This document shows, one piece after another, positions 55,899 through 64,000 of a stretch of DNA of 64,000 nucleotides (positions are counted from its first letter, which is position 1; each line of letters starts with the position of its first letter). The notes beneath the pieces are model-generated. The model was given only the letters and a program-made list of their open reading frames with translations. It did no database searches and had not been told where the DNA came from. This DNA is from Pseudomonadales bacterium. GTDB lineage: Bacteria; Pseudomonadota; Gammaproteobacteria; Pseudomonadales; UBA7434. Position numbers and translations under genes: made by a program. The stretch covers positions 1,617,796 through 1,681,795 of the forward strand of contig OZ253667.1 in the NCBI GenBank assembly GCA_965263235.1, given 5' to 3'.

Positions 55899-57038
55899 TT
55901 AAATATCAGCTAGAGGATTATCACTCCAGGGTGCTTCAAAAAACCTTTCTATAAAATCTGCATCAATGCTTTGCACGTTAGCAAAATTCCATTTCGGCGA
56001 TTGATCTTTGTCGATCAACAGCGCGCGCACACCTTCAGCAAATTCTGGATACCTGACAATATTAGTTGCAAGGATAAGCTCACTGCGGAAAACGTCGTTT
56101 AATGCCATGTCTTTACATCGAACAAGTTGTTGGTCGATAAGGACAACGCTAAGCGGTGAACCGTGTGCGATGCTTTTCCTGGCTTTGACTAGCCATTTAT
56201 CGTCGGTTTCGAGTGCGGCAAAAGTAGCGACAACTTCTTCAATGTTATCGCTTTCACACAGCTGATTAATCATCGGCATATGGGGTTCAACGTTGCCGTC
56301 GGGTATTGCATCTTGCGATTCACCAACGATATCCTCTAACACTGCATCGACTGTCTTTGTATCAGTGGGTGCAGCCGCTATTAAGGCATTCAGCACATCT
56401 TTATACCGATCTCGACTAACGAATACATTCGCAACACCAGTAAATATCGCATCCGCGGCATTAAATGAGGCACCGGTCAGCGCCAAAAACCGCCCCGCCT
56501 TGCCCGGCATGTTATTTAAAAAATAACTGCCACCTACATCCGGGAACAGGCCAATAGTGACTTCCGGCATGGCAAAACGACTGGTTTCAGTAACAATACG
56601 ATGGCTTCCGCCAGCAAATATGCCCAGGCCTCCGCCCATCACGATACCGTCACCCCATACAACAACCGGTTTGGGGTAGCTATGTAGCAGGTAGTCGAGA
56701 CGATATTCGCGAGCGAAAAAAGTTTCAGCCTCGACACAGGGGCCACCAGGCGTTGCTACCGCACTCGCATGTAACGCCTGAACATCACCGCCAGCACAAA
56801 ACGCTTTCTCACCACTGCCATCAATAAACAAACAGGCAACATTCTCATCAGACTGCCATTTGGTGAACTGGTCAATCATTAACTCAACCATTTCGCTGGT
56901 TAATGAATTCAGCGTTTTCGGAATATTAAGGGTCGCTTTAGCGATTTTTTTCCCATTGGCTGCGTCTAACTCTTCGAACAATACAACCTGATCGTTCGCA
57001 ATAGTTTCTGATACAGGGGCTTCAGATGTTTCTGGCAT
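55899..57038 (-). CDS. 3-hydroxyisobutyryl-CoA hydrolase (crotonase superfamily)
   Basis: 379 aa with FCAGGDV, GIVMGGGLGI and MPEVTIGLFPDVGGSYFL, which is typical of HIBCH. Confidence 0.85.
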   Translation of the reverse strand: MPETSEAPVSETIANDQVVLFEELDAANGKKIAKATLNIPKTLNSLTSEMVELMIDQFTKWQSDENVACLFIDGSGEKAFCAGGDVQALHASAVATPGGPCVEAETFFAREYRLDYLLHSYPKPVVVWGDGIVMGGGLGIFAGGSHRIVTETSRFAMPEVTIGLFPDVGGSYFLNNMPGKAGRFLALTGASFNAADAIFTGVANVFVSRDRYKDVLNALIAAAPTDTKTVDAVLEDIVGESQDAIPDGNVEPHMPMINQLCESDNIEEVVATFAALETDDKWLVKARKSIAHGSPLSVVLIDQQLVRCKDMALNDVFRSELILATNIVRYPEFAEGVRALLIDKDQSPKWNFANVQSIDADFIERFFEAPWSDNPLADI

Positions 57039-57073
57039 AACTATTTTCCAAAACTACTTTAGTTGTAAATTTG

Positions 57074-57850
57074 TTAAGCGTTTTTCCATTCAGGTGAGCG
57101 CTTTTCAACAAATGCGCCAACACCTTCTTTCTGGTCTTTGGTATCCCATAGTTTTACAAACAGCTCTCGCTCTTTGACGTACTGCGGGTTAATGGTGTTC
57201 TCTCTTGCAGCCATGATCAGTTCCTTGCAATAACGTACCGATGTTGGGCTTTGTTTTTGTACATTTTCTGCAAGTGACAACGCTTTGGAAACAGACTCAC
57301 CTTTATCGACGATTTCTGAAATCAAACCAATCTCTAATGCTTTATCCGCTTTAATACGCTCACCAAGCAATATCATACGCTTTGCCCATTGCTCGCCAAC
57401 CAACCAGGCGAGTTGCTGGCTGCCCAGACCACAAGGCAGCAGCCCTACAGAAGCTTCTGGTAACGCCATTTGCGCATGCGTTTCCGCGATACGCACATCG
57501 CACGACAGTGCAACTTCAAGACCGCCGCCCATTGCGTAGCCATTTATCGCCGCAATAGAAACACCGTTGTAGTTCGCGAGGGTTTCAAACCCATGACCAA
57601 AGGCGTTAGAGAATTCGAAAGACTTGCCTTTGTCGTTATGGTTAAATCGATTGAGATCGGCACCGGCGGAGAAAAACTTTTCTCCGTCACCAGTAAGAAT
57701 CAATGCGTAGTTGTCCTTGTCAGCATTGAGCTTTTCAACGATATCCGCAAGCTCGTTTAAGCTTTCGGGCGTCCAGGTATGGGCAGGTGGATTGGTAAAT
57801 GTAAGAACAGCCGTATTGCCCTTAATGTCGAGTTTTAATGCATCGCTCAT
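57074..57850 (-). CDS. enoyl-CoA hydratase
   Basis: 258 aa with FSAGADL, GYAMGGGLEVAL and PEASVGL. Confidence 0.9.
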   Translation of the reverse strand: MSDALKLDIKGNTAVLTFTNPPAHTWTPESLNELADIVEKLNADKDNYALILTGDGEKFFSAGADLNRFNHNDKGKSFEFSNAFGHGFETLANYNGVSIAAINGYAMGGGLEVALSCDVRIAETHAQMALPEASVGLLPCGLGSQQLAWLVGEQWAKRMILLGERIKADKALEIGLISEIVDKGESVSKALSLAENVQKQSPTSVRYCKELIMAARENTINPQYVKERELFVKLWDTKDQKEGVGAFVEKRSPEWKNA

Positions 57851-57970
57851 GGTTTTACCTTTTGAATTTCGTTGTTCTCTGGAAAAAAAGTTTTCTGAAA
57901 AAGTGTATTTTGTAAAAGGGGTGCTTCTTTTGAAGAAAGCCCGACAGCGAAAATGAAAAAACGCTTGTGC

Positions 57971-59131
57971 TTAGCGAATCGCTTCCGCTCCACCTTCCGA
58001 TAGAATACGTCGCGCAGTAATAACGCGCATGATTTCATTGGTGCCTTCGAGGATCTGGTGGACGCGAGAGTCACGGAAAAATCTTTCGATGGGGTACTCG
58101 CGAATATAGCCATAGCCACCATGTAATTGCATGGCCTGGTTACAAACCTCGAAGCCAACGTCCGTTGCAAAACGTTTTGCCATCGCACAGTAAACCGTTT
58201 TTTCGGGATCGTTGTTATCGAGCTTGTACGCTGCCAAACGCACCATTTGGCGCGCGGCTACCAGCTCTGTAACCATATCGGCAATTCGAAACTGTAGCGC
58301 CTGAAAACCAGCAAGCGGCTTATCAAATTGTTTACGCTCTTGCATATAAGCCTGGGCATGACAAATAGTTGCCTGCGCGGCTCCGATAGAACAGCTTGCG
58401 ATATTAATCCGGCCGCCATCCAGGCCTTTCATCGCGATTTTGAATCCTTCGCCTTCGTTCCCGAGCAAGCATTCGGCAGGGATACGGGCGTCATCAAAGC
58501 TAATAGTTCTTGTAGGCTGGCTGTTCCAACCCATTTTCACTTCATTCTTTCCGTACTCAATACCGGCAGTGTCAGCTGGCACTGCGAAAGCGCTGACGCC
58601 AGAAGGGCCTTCACCGCCGGTGCGTGCCATCAACACAAGAATATCGGTTGAACCTGCACCTGAAATAAAAGCCTTACTGCCTGAAAGTACGTAGTGATCA
58701 CCGTCGCGCTTTGCAGTTGTACGCAGGTTTCCCGCGTCCGAACCCGCACCGGGTTCGGTTAAACAATACGAAGCAAGTTTTTCGCCGCTGGTAAGCGAGG
58801 TACCCCAGGTTTCCTTAATTGATTCCGTGCCCCAGGTCGTAATCATCCAGGCGGCCATATTATGAATAGAGACAAACGCGGCCGTAGATGTACAACCCGC
58901 TGCCAGCTCTTCTAACACAATAGCCGTGTCCTGGCGACTAAGCCCCAGACCGCCCCAATCTTCCGAGGCATACATGCCCATAAAGCCCAATGCACCTGCG
59001 GCCTTGAAGGTCTCCTTTGGAAAGATTTTTTCCTCATCCCAGCGCTCTGCATTTGGAGCCATTTCGCCCAAAGCAAAGTCCCGCGCTGCGGTTTGAAACG
59101 CTATTTGATCATCAGTTAAACTAAAATCCAT
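57971..59131 (-). CDS. acyl-CoA dehydrogenase (isobutyryl-CoA/short-branched type)
   Basis: CLTEPGAGSD, GSKAFISGAG, QLHGGYGY, and ILEGTNEIM (canonical catalytic Glu). Confidence 0.9.
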   Translation of the reverse strand: MDFSLTDDQIAFQTAARDFALGEMAPNAERWDEEKIFPKETFKAAGALGFMGMYASEDWGGLGLSRQDTAIVLEELAAGCTSTAAFVSIHNMAAWMITTWGTESIKETWGTSLTSGEKLASYCLTEPGAGSDAGNLRTTAKRDGDHYVLSGSKAFISGAGSTDILVLMARTGGEGPSGVSAFAVPADTAGIEYGKNEVKMGWNSQPTRTISFDDARIPAECLLGNEGEGFKIAMKGLDGGRINIASCSIGAAQATICHAQAYMQERKQFDKPLAGFQALQFRIADMVTELVAARQMVRLAAYKLDNNDPEKTVYCAMAKRFATDVGFEVCNQAMQLHGGYGYIREYPIERFFRDSRVHQILEGTNEIMRVITARRILSEGGAEAIR

Positions 59132-59197
59132 CGACTAGCCTTAATAATATCTCTGACTTTGGTGTAAAAAAGTAGTTTGTCTAACTTCGCTAACTGA

Positions 59198-60616
59198 TTA
59201 CGCGAGCTTATCGATCACGCTGCCAAAAAGTTCGTCATCGCCTGGTATTGTTTTAGGCGTGTCCAACGGCTTGGAAATCCAGGTAACATTGATCAGGTGC
59301 CGCCAATTAATGTTTTCGTTTGTGGAGTTTCCGCCCCATGTACCGCAGCCTAAAGAAAACGTTTGACGCATGCCATTCCACAGGTTGCCGCTATTAGAAG
59401 GCGCTTGAGGCTGGTTTACCATGACTCGCGAAGTTTTGGTCCCCATACCTAACTTGAGAATGTTTTCATCATTGTAGGAATAGATTCCGCAAGAATGCCC
59501 TTTACCCTGGTATTCCTGGATCTGGTTGGTCAACGCTACGGCTTCGTCGATATCCTTAACTTTATAAAAAGCCATAATGACGGATAGCTTTTCTCCCGAA
59601 TACGGATGCTCTGGCCCTGTGCCAGTTTCGGGCATAATGATGAATTTGCGATCATCAGGTATATCAACGCCAGCCATTTCACAAAGCTTTTGCGGTGGCA
59701 GGACAACAGCTTTGGCATTGAGATGACCGTCTTCCCACAATACACTGGCAATTTTTTCGTAATCACCGGGCTGCGCTAGATGGCCTCCTTCGCCAATTAA
59801 CTTTTCGAGTAGTTGGTCGTAGACCGCTTCAACCGCGATAACCGAGTTATCCGATGAGCAAGATGCTGCCAAATCAAGCGTTTTAGAAATACGGATTTTT
59901 TCAGCCGCTTCGTCAAGATCAGCGCTTTCGTCGACGGTAATAACTGCATTGCCCGCACCTACACCAAGCGCCGGAGTTCCAGACGAATACGCAGCTTTAA
60001 CCATCGCCGGGCCACCTGTAGCCAGAATAAAATCACACTGCTTCATTAGCTCGTTAGTTTTTTCCAGTGTTGGCGTTTCGATACCAATAACCAGATCTTC
60101 TGGCGCACCCATTTTTTTAATCGCAGCGCGCATATTGTCAACAATCTTTTTGTTGGTCAGTTTAGCGCGGGGATGCGGCGCAATAATGATGGAGTTACGC
60201 CCTTTAACGGCGTTAATGCCTTTAATAACTGGCGTCGCTTCAGGGTTAGTTGATGGTGACAGTGCGCCTATCACACCAACAGGCTTGGCGATTTTAATGA
60301 TATTGCGTTCTTTATCTTCTTCAAGAATACCCACAGATTTCTCGTCGATAATGTCCATCAATGCAGCGCGGGTTTTTACGAAGATCTTTTTATACTTACC
60401 GTCATAGTCACCTAGTTGGGTTTCTTCAACAGTAAACTCGGCAATCTCTTCGGCAATACCTGGTTGGCAGCAAGACCATACCATTGCGGTAATTAACTCG
60501 TCGATTTGCTCCTGGCTATAGCCCTCGATTTGCGCTTGCGCAGCCCGCGAACGCTCCATTAGCTGTGCAATTTCCTGCCTGGCCTGCTCTTCTAGAATCG
60601 CTTTGTCTTCGCTCAT
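59198..60616 (-). CDS. CoA-acylating aldehyde dehydrogenase (SucD/SauS/EutE-like branch)
   Basis: 472 aa with YSQEQIDELI, PSTNPEATP, ATGGPAMVKAAYSSGTPALGVGAGN, the catalytic Cys context LAASCSSDNS, and LGCGTWGGNSTNENINWRHLINV. This pattern resembles my recollection of clostridial SucD-type acylating semialdehyde dehydrogenases, not MmsA. Confidence 0.75.
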   Translation of the reverse strand: MSEDKAILEEQARQEIAQLMERSRAAQAQIEGYSQEQIDELITAMVWSCCQPGIAEEIAEFTVEETQLGDYDGKYKKIFVKTRAALMDIIDEKSVGILEEDKERNIIKIAKPVGVIGALSPSTNPEATPVIKGINAVKGRNSIIIAPHPRAKLTNKKIVDNMRAAIKKMGAPEDLVIGIETPTLEKTNELMKQCDFILATGGPAMVKAAYSSGTPALGVGAGNAVITVDESADLDEAAEKIRISKTLDLAASCSSDNSVIAVEAVYDQLLEKLIGEGGHLAQPGDYEKIASVLWEDGHLNAKAVVLPPQKLCEMAGVDIPDDRKFIIMPETGTGPEHPYSGEKLSVIMAFYKVKDIDEAVALTNQIQEYQGKGHSCGIYSYNDENILKLGMGTKTSRVMVNQPQAPSNSGNLWNGMRQTFSLGCGTWGGNSTNENINWRHLINVTWISKPLDTPKTIPGDDELFGSVIDKLA

Positions 60617-60751
60617 GATTGTCTCACTGAAAAAAGAAGGTTTAAGTTCTAAACCCGGTTGTTAACTAAAATGCTGATCGTCGCCCCGCCGCAAGCGGGT
60701 AACGTGTTAGAAGCTGACGATGAAAGCTTAAAATTCGTCTGTCTTTTACGA

Positions 60752-61072
60752 CTACTGCTCTTCTGGGATGTGAACGATTAGTCCGTCCATTTGTTCAGTA
60801 ACGCTAATTTGGCAAGATAAACGGCTGTTATCTTTGCGCTCTGCAGCCGTCGCATCAAGCATTTCTTCCTCAAAGTCATTCGCTCCGCCGACGACGTCTA
60901 CCCATCGCTCATCAACGTAGCAATGACAGGTCGCACAGGCACAGCCTCCGCCACATTCGGCGACGATACCGTCTATACCTTCATCCATCGCAAGCTGCAT
61001 TATAGTGACGCCTTCGTTCGCCACTACTTTTTCTTCGCTACCGTCGGCAGCCACAAATGTAACTGTAGGCAT
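60752..61072 (-). CDS. [2Fe-2S] ferredoxin, adrenodoxin/putidaredoxin type
   Basis: 106 aa with CGGGCACATCHC (C-x5-C-x2-C) plus the distal Cys in LSCQI. Confidence 0.9.
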   Translation of the reverse strand: MPTVTFVAADGSEEKVVANEGVTIMQLAMDEGIDGIVAECGGGCACATCHCYVDERWVDVVGGANDFEEEMLDATAAERKDNSRLSCQISVTEQMDGLIVHIPEEQ

Positions 61073-61196
61073 TTGGCCTTGTCTCCTTATAATAACTTTT
61101 CTTTAGGGTTCAATATGTTACGTAACTATTAGCATGTGTTTTGTAGCACGCAATGGCACTGCCTTTGCAAAATCTGGGTATCTACAAGGTTTTTTG

Positions 61197-62225
61197 CTAG
61201 GTGCGCGATTGTAGCAGCGAACCAGCATAAGGAAAGAGGCCGAATATGCCACCCGTATGTATGAAAACTACATCTGTATCTGAAGCAAACCGCCCCGCTT
61301 TAATCTCTTGCAGAAGGCCGGCAAATGCCTTGCCAGTATAAACTGGATCTAGCAAAACACCTTCAATACGAGCCAGCAGGCGAATGGTTTCGATGACTCT
61401 GTCGTTGACCCGCCCATAACCATCGCCGACGTGGCCATCAATAACGTTGACCTTAACCGACGAGAGCCAGTTTGTATCGAGTCCACACAGGTAATCGTTG
61501 CGCCAATCGTTGAGATCCCGGCCGACCTTATCTAAAAACCAGCGCTCATTGTCACAAACGTTGATCCCGTAGACGGGGCTGCCGAGCCTATAGTAAGCGG
61601 CCCCAGCAGATAGCCCAGCCTGGGTGCCGCCAGATCCTGTCGCGCATACGATCGCACTCGGCGCTATCTCGTGCCGCGCGAAATCCTGTTGCAGCTCAGC
61701 ACAAGCTGCAAAGTATCCCCAAACGCCGGTAGCGTCACTTCCCCCGGTTGGTATTGCAAGCGCTTTAACCCCTTTGCTTGCGTAACCAGAAGTAACTTCC
61801 TCAAATAGTTCGTCTTGTCGCTTGAAATAGTCCGACGCGGGAAAAACCGAGACGCTAGCGCCCGAGAGGTCATCGAGCAAACGGTTGCCGGCCATCTCCA
61901 GCGCCTGATCATGTTCAGCACGCGAAGCTTTGTCGTCGCGGAGAATCAAATGACAGTGCAAACCCAGTTGAGCGGCCACTAGCGCCGTCGCCCTGCAATG
62001 GTTAGATTGCGTGCCGCCACAAGTTATCAGCGCCTGGTAGCCCTCATTTAAGGCTTTGGCTGCGATAAACTCGAGTTTGCGAACCTTATTGCCGGATAAG
62101 CCGGCACCGGTAAGATCGTCGCGCTTAAGCCAGATCAGCGGCCCACCCGTTTCCTTTTGCAGTCGGCGCAAAGGCTGCAAAGGCGTAGGGAGCTGCGCCA
62201 GTTGGACACGCTCGGGCAACTCCAT
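61197..62225 (-). CDS. D-cysteine desulfhydrase / ACC-deaminase-family PLP enzyme
   Basis: LPTPLQPL, the PLP-Lys context SGNKVRKLEF, and GGTQSNH. The Met at 62225 (MELPERV) is preferred because the ORF-track start at 62318 overlaps yajC. Confidence 0.8.
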   Translation of the reverse strand: MELPERVQLAQLPTPLQPLRRLQKETGGPLIWLKRDDLTGAGLSGNKVRKLEFIAAKALNEGYQALITCGGTQSNHCRATALVAAQLGLHCHLILRDDKASRAEHDQALEMAGNRLLDDLSGASVSVFPASDYFKRQDELFEEVTSGYASKGVKALAIPTGGSDATGVWGYFAACAELQQDFARHEIAPSAIVCATGSGGTQAGLSAGAAYYRLGSPVYGINVCDNERWFLDKVGRDLNDWRNDYLCGLDTNWLSSVKVNVIDGHVGDGYGRVNDRVIETIRLLARIEGVLLDPVYTGKAFAGLLQEIKAGRFASDTDVVFIHTGGIFGLFPYAGSLLQSRT

Positions 62226-62280
62226 GCCTAAACAGGCCGCCGTAAATGTTCGGGGATGCAAATCAAAAAAAAGCTCGACA

Positions 62281-62607
62281 CTATATTGCTTTAAGCGTGC
62301 CTTTTGGCAGTGCCGCATGAACAGCTACTTTCTGGAACTTTAGCTCGATGTTGTCTGCCACTTGCAGTACCACATAATCGCCTTCGATTTTTGTGACCTT
62401 GCCGAGCATTCCACTTGTCATTACCACTTCGTCGCCTTTGGAAATGCTATTGACCAGATTGTCGTGCTCTTTCTGACGCTTGCGCTGTGGACGAATAATT
62501 AAGAACCAAAAAAAGGCAAACAAGCCAACCATAAACAAAATTTGCGTTGCCATTTGAGGGCCTGCTGGGGCACCTGCGGCTTGAGCATGGGCTTGGCTAA
62601 TAAACAT
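62281..62607 (-). CDS. yajC: preprotein translocase subunit YajC
   Basis: 108 aa with a single TM helix, then IIRPQRKRQKEH, GDEVVMTSGMLGKV and LPKGT. Confidence 0.9.
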   Translation of the reverse strand: MFISQAHAQAAGAPAGPQMATQILFMVGLFAFFWFLIIRPQRKRQKEHDNLVNSISKGDEVVMTSGMLGKVTKIEGDYVVLQVADNIELKFQKVAVHAALPKGTLKAI

Positions 62608-62643
62608 AAATCACTCCAAGTTATAAAAACTAAAAATTTTGAA

Positions 62644-63117
62644 CTAAAGGTTTTCCTTGATCCATGCCAAAACATCATCGTGATGCGTTTTGGTTTTTAC
62701 CTTATCAATAATGTGCTTTAAACGGCCATCGCTGCCGATGATAAAAGTGGTGCGCAATATACCATCAAACTCGCGGCCCATAAATTTCTTTGGCCCCCAG
62801 GCGCCGTATTTGTCAGCAATCGCGTGGTCTTCGTCCGATAGCAGATCAAAATTGAGCGCCTGCTTTTCGGTAAAGTTAACCAGCCGCTTTACGGGATCAG
62901 GGCTGATACCGATTGCTACGGTATCAAGCCTGGCTAACTCTTTTTTCGTGTCGCGTAGACCACAGGCCTGCACCGTACAACCAGGTGTGCTAGCTTTGGG
63001 GTAGAAGTACAAAACAATATTTTTCTTACCCTTAAAATCTTTAAGTGTGACCTTATCGCCATCCTGGTTCAGCAAATTAAATGCTGGTGCCATATTGCCA
63101 ATTTTTGGAAATGCCAT
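62644..63117 (-). CDS. bcp: thioredoxin-dependent thiol peroxidase (peroxiredoxin Bcp)
   Basis: 157 aa with FYPKASTPGCTVQACGLRD (CxxxxC). Confidence 0.9.
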   Translation of the reverse strand: MAFPKIGNMAPAFNLLNQDGDKVTLKDFKGKKNIVLYFYPKASTPGCTVQACGLRDTKKELARLDTVAIGISPDPVKRLVNFTEKQALNFDLLSDEDHAIADKYGAWGPKKFMGREFDGILRTTFIIGSDGRLKHIIDKVKTKTHHDDVLAWIKENL

Positions 63118-63161
63118 TTGGTTTGCCCTTTAAATCAACGTGATTAAAAAAACGTAGTGCT

Positions 63162-64000
63162 TTACGTTTCTTCTAGTAAATTGGTTTGCTGAGTTTGCTC
63201 TTGTTCATCAGCAGCGGTTTCCAGCGGTAAATCTAGCTCTGCCCGCCCCTCAGCTTTTTCACGCAGTGCATCAGGGATCTTGCGCTGTGTTTTTGCGCCG
63301 AGCTTTTCAAGGTTTTCGATTCGGCGAACCACATTCCCTCTGCCGGAGAGCAGTCTATCGTTTGCCTTTTCATAGGCCGCATGCGCTTTGTCAATTTGCC
63401 TGCCGACTTCAGATAAGGATTCTGCAAATAATACAAACTGATCGTGAAGCTTCCCGGCCTCTGCGGCAATTCGCTCCGCATTTTTGTTTTGTTTTTCGTG
63501 TCGCCAGATCGTTTCAACGGAGCGCAGTATCGCTAATAAATTGGTAGGGCTCACCAACACTATATTTCTGCTGTACGCCTCCTCCCAAAGGGTGGGATCC
63601 GACTGCAAAGCCATCGCTGACGCTCCTTCAATCGGGATATACATCATTACGTAATCGAGCGTATTGATACCAGTGAGGTTTTGATAAGACTTGGCACTTA
63701 GCCCCTTAATATGCGCTTTAATCGAATCGACATGTTGTTTTAATGCCAGCTCTCGCTCAATCTCATCGTCGGTACGAAAATAGTCGCTGTAGGCTAACAG
63801 GGAAACCTTGGAGTCAATCACAATATCCCTGCCACCTGGTAAATGAACAACCACGTCTGGCCTGCTATCGAGGCGAGTGCTTCCATCACTCGCATAACTC
63901 GGCTGGGTTTCGAATTCGTTGGGCTCTGTTAATCCGCAGGCTTCTAAGGCCATACTTAATTTGAGCTCACCCCAATCGCCCTGCGTTTTGTTGTCGGCTC
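63162..64000 (-). CDS. rmuC: DNA recombination protein RmuC, C-terminal part; 5' end outside window
   Basis: The frame stays open beyond the Met at 63953 to the window edge (…KTQGDWGELKLSMALEACGL). The restriction-endonuclease-like core DVVVHLPGGRDIVIDSK and MMYIPIEG are present. Confidence 0.85.
   Translation of the reverse strand, partial: ADNKTQGDWGELKLSMALEACGLTEPNEFETQPSYASDGSTRLDSRPDVVVHLPGGRDIVIDSKVSLLAYSDYFRTDDEIERELALKQHVDSIKAHIKGLSAKSYQNLTGINTLDYVMMYIPIEGASAMALQSDPTLWEEAYSRNIVLVSPTNLLAILRSVETIWRHEKQNKNAERIAAEAGKLHDQFVLFAESLSEVGRQIDKAHAAYEKANDRLLSGRGNVVRRIENLEKLGAKTQRKIPDALREKAEGRAELDLPLETAADEQEQTQQTNLLEET

Noticed and set aside
1-64000. CRISPR arrays, IS elements, prophage or defence-system genes.
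   Set aside because: Reading through the window I saw no regularly spaced short repeats, transposase, integrase or phage structural ORFs, and no nuclease/ATPase defence-type gene pairs. Every ORF over 150 aa has a conventional metabolic, transport or housekeeping assignment, except the secreted protein at 47374.

Overview
This is a chromosomal segment typical of Gammaproteobacteria. The gene content is purL, secDF, ppnN, yajQ, tmcA, acnB, ppsR/ppsA, gspD, amtB, yajC, bcp and rmuC, and it may come from a marine or alkane-exposed lineage. Most of the window is housekeeping or catabolic. There is a co-directional operon of four acyl-CoA dehydrogenases plus two SDRs (6.1-12.5 kb), three c-di-GMP-related genes, the ppsR/ppsA pair and an orphan GspD secretin. 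It also holds one tRNA-Arg(ACG) with a textbook stable-RNA promoter, an ArsR/SRPBCC pair, amtB without glnK, a CYP153-like P450, and a valine-type catabolic operon (55.0-60.6 kb) headed by an unusual acylating aldehyde dehydrogenase.

The only clearly accessory block is a ~16.5 kb cluster of 21 genes at 30.9-47.3 kb, arranged as two divergent, translationally coupled operons. It encodes a type II PKS-like aryl-polyene/xanthomonadin-family pigment pathway:
- Assembly: KS, KS/CLF, two ACPs, KR, four hotdog dehydratase-like proteins, a thioesterase and an aryl-AMP ligase.
- Tailoring: a methyltransferase, a GT2 and two acyltransferases.
- Export: a LolA-like protein, an MMPL exporter and a lipoprotein.
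- Starter supply: an embedded XanB2/FkbO-type chorismatase.

This family is already described, so I do not claim a wholly new system. The particular variant (chorismatase present, no halogenase, dual acyltransferases) and a few non-orthologous oddities elsewhere are the items most worth follow-up.

I saw no CRISPR array, transposase, integrase, prophage or recognisable defence system. All calls rest on motif recognition by eye; no database search was possible.
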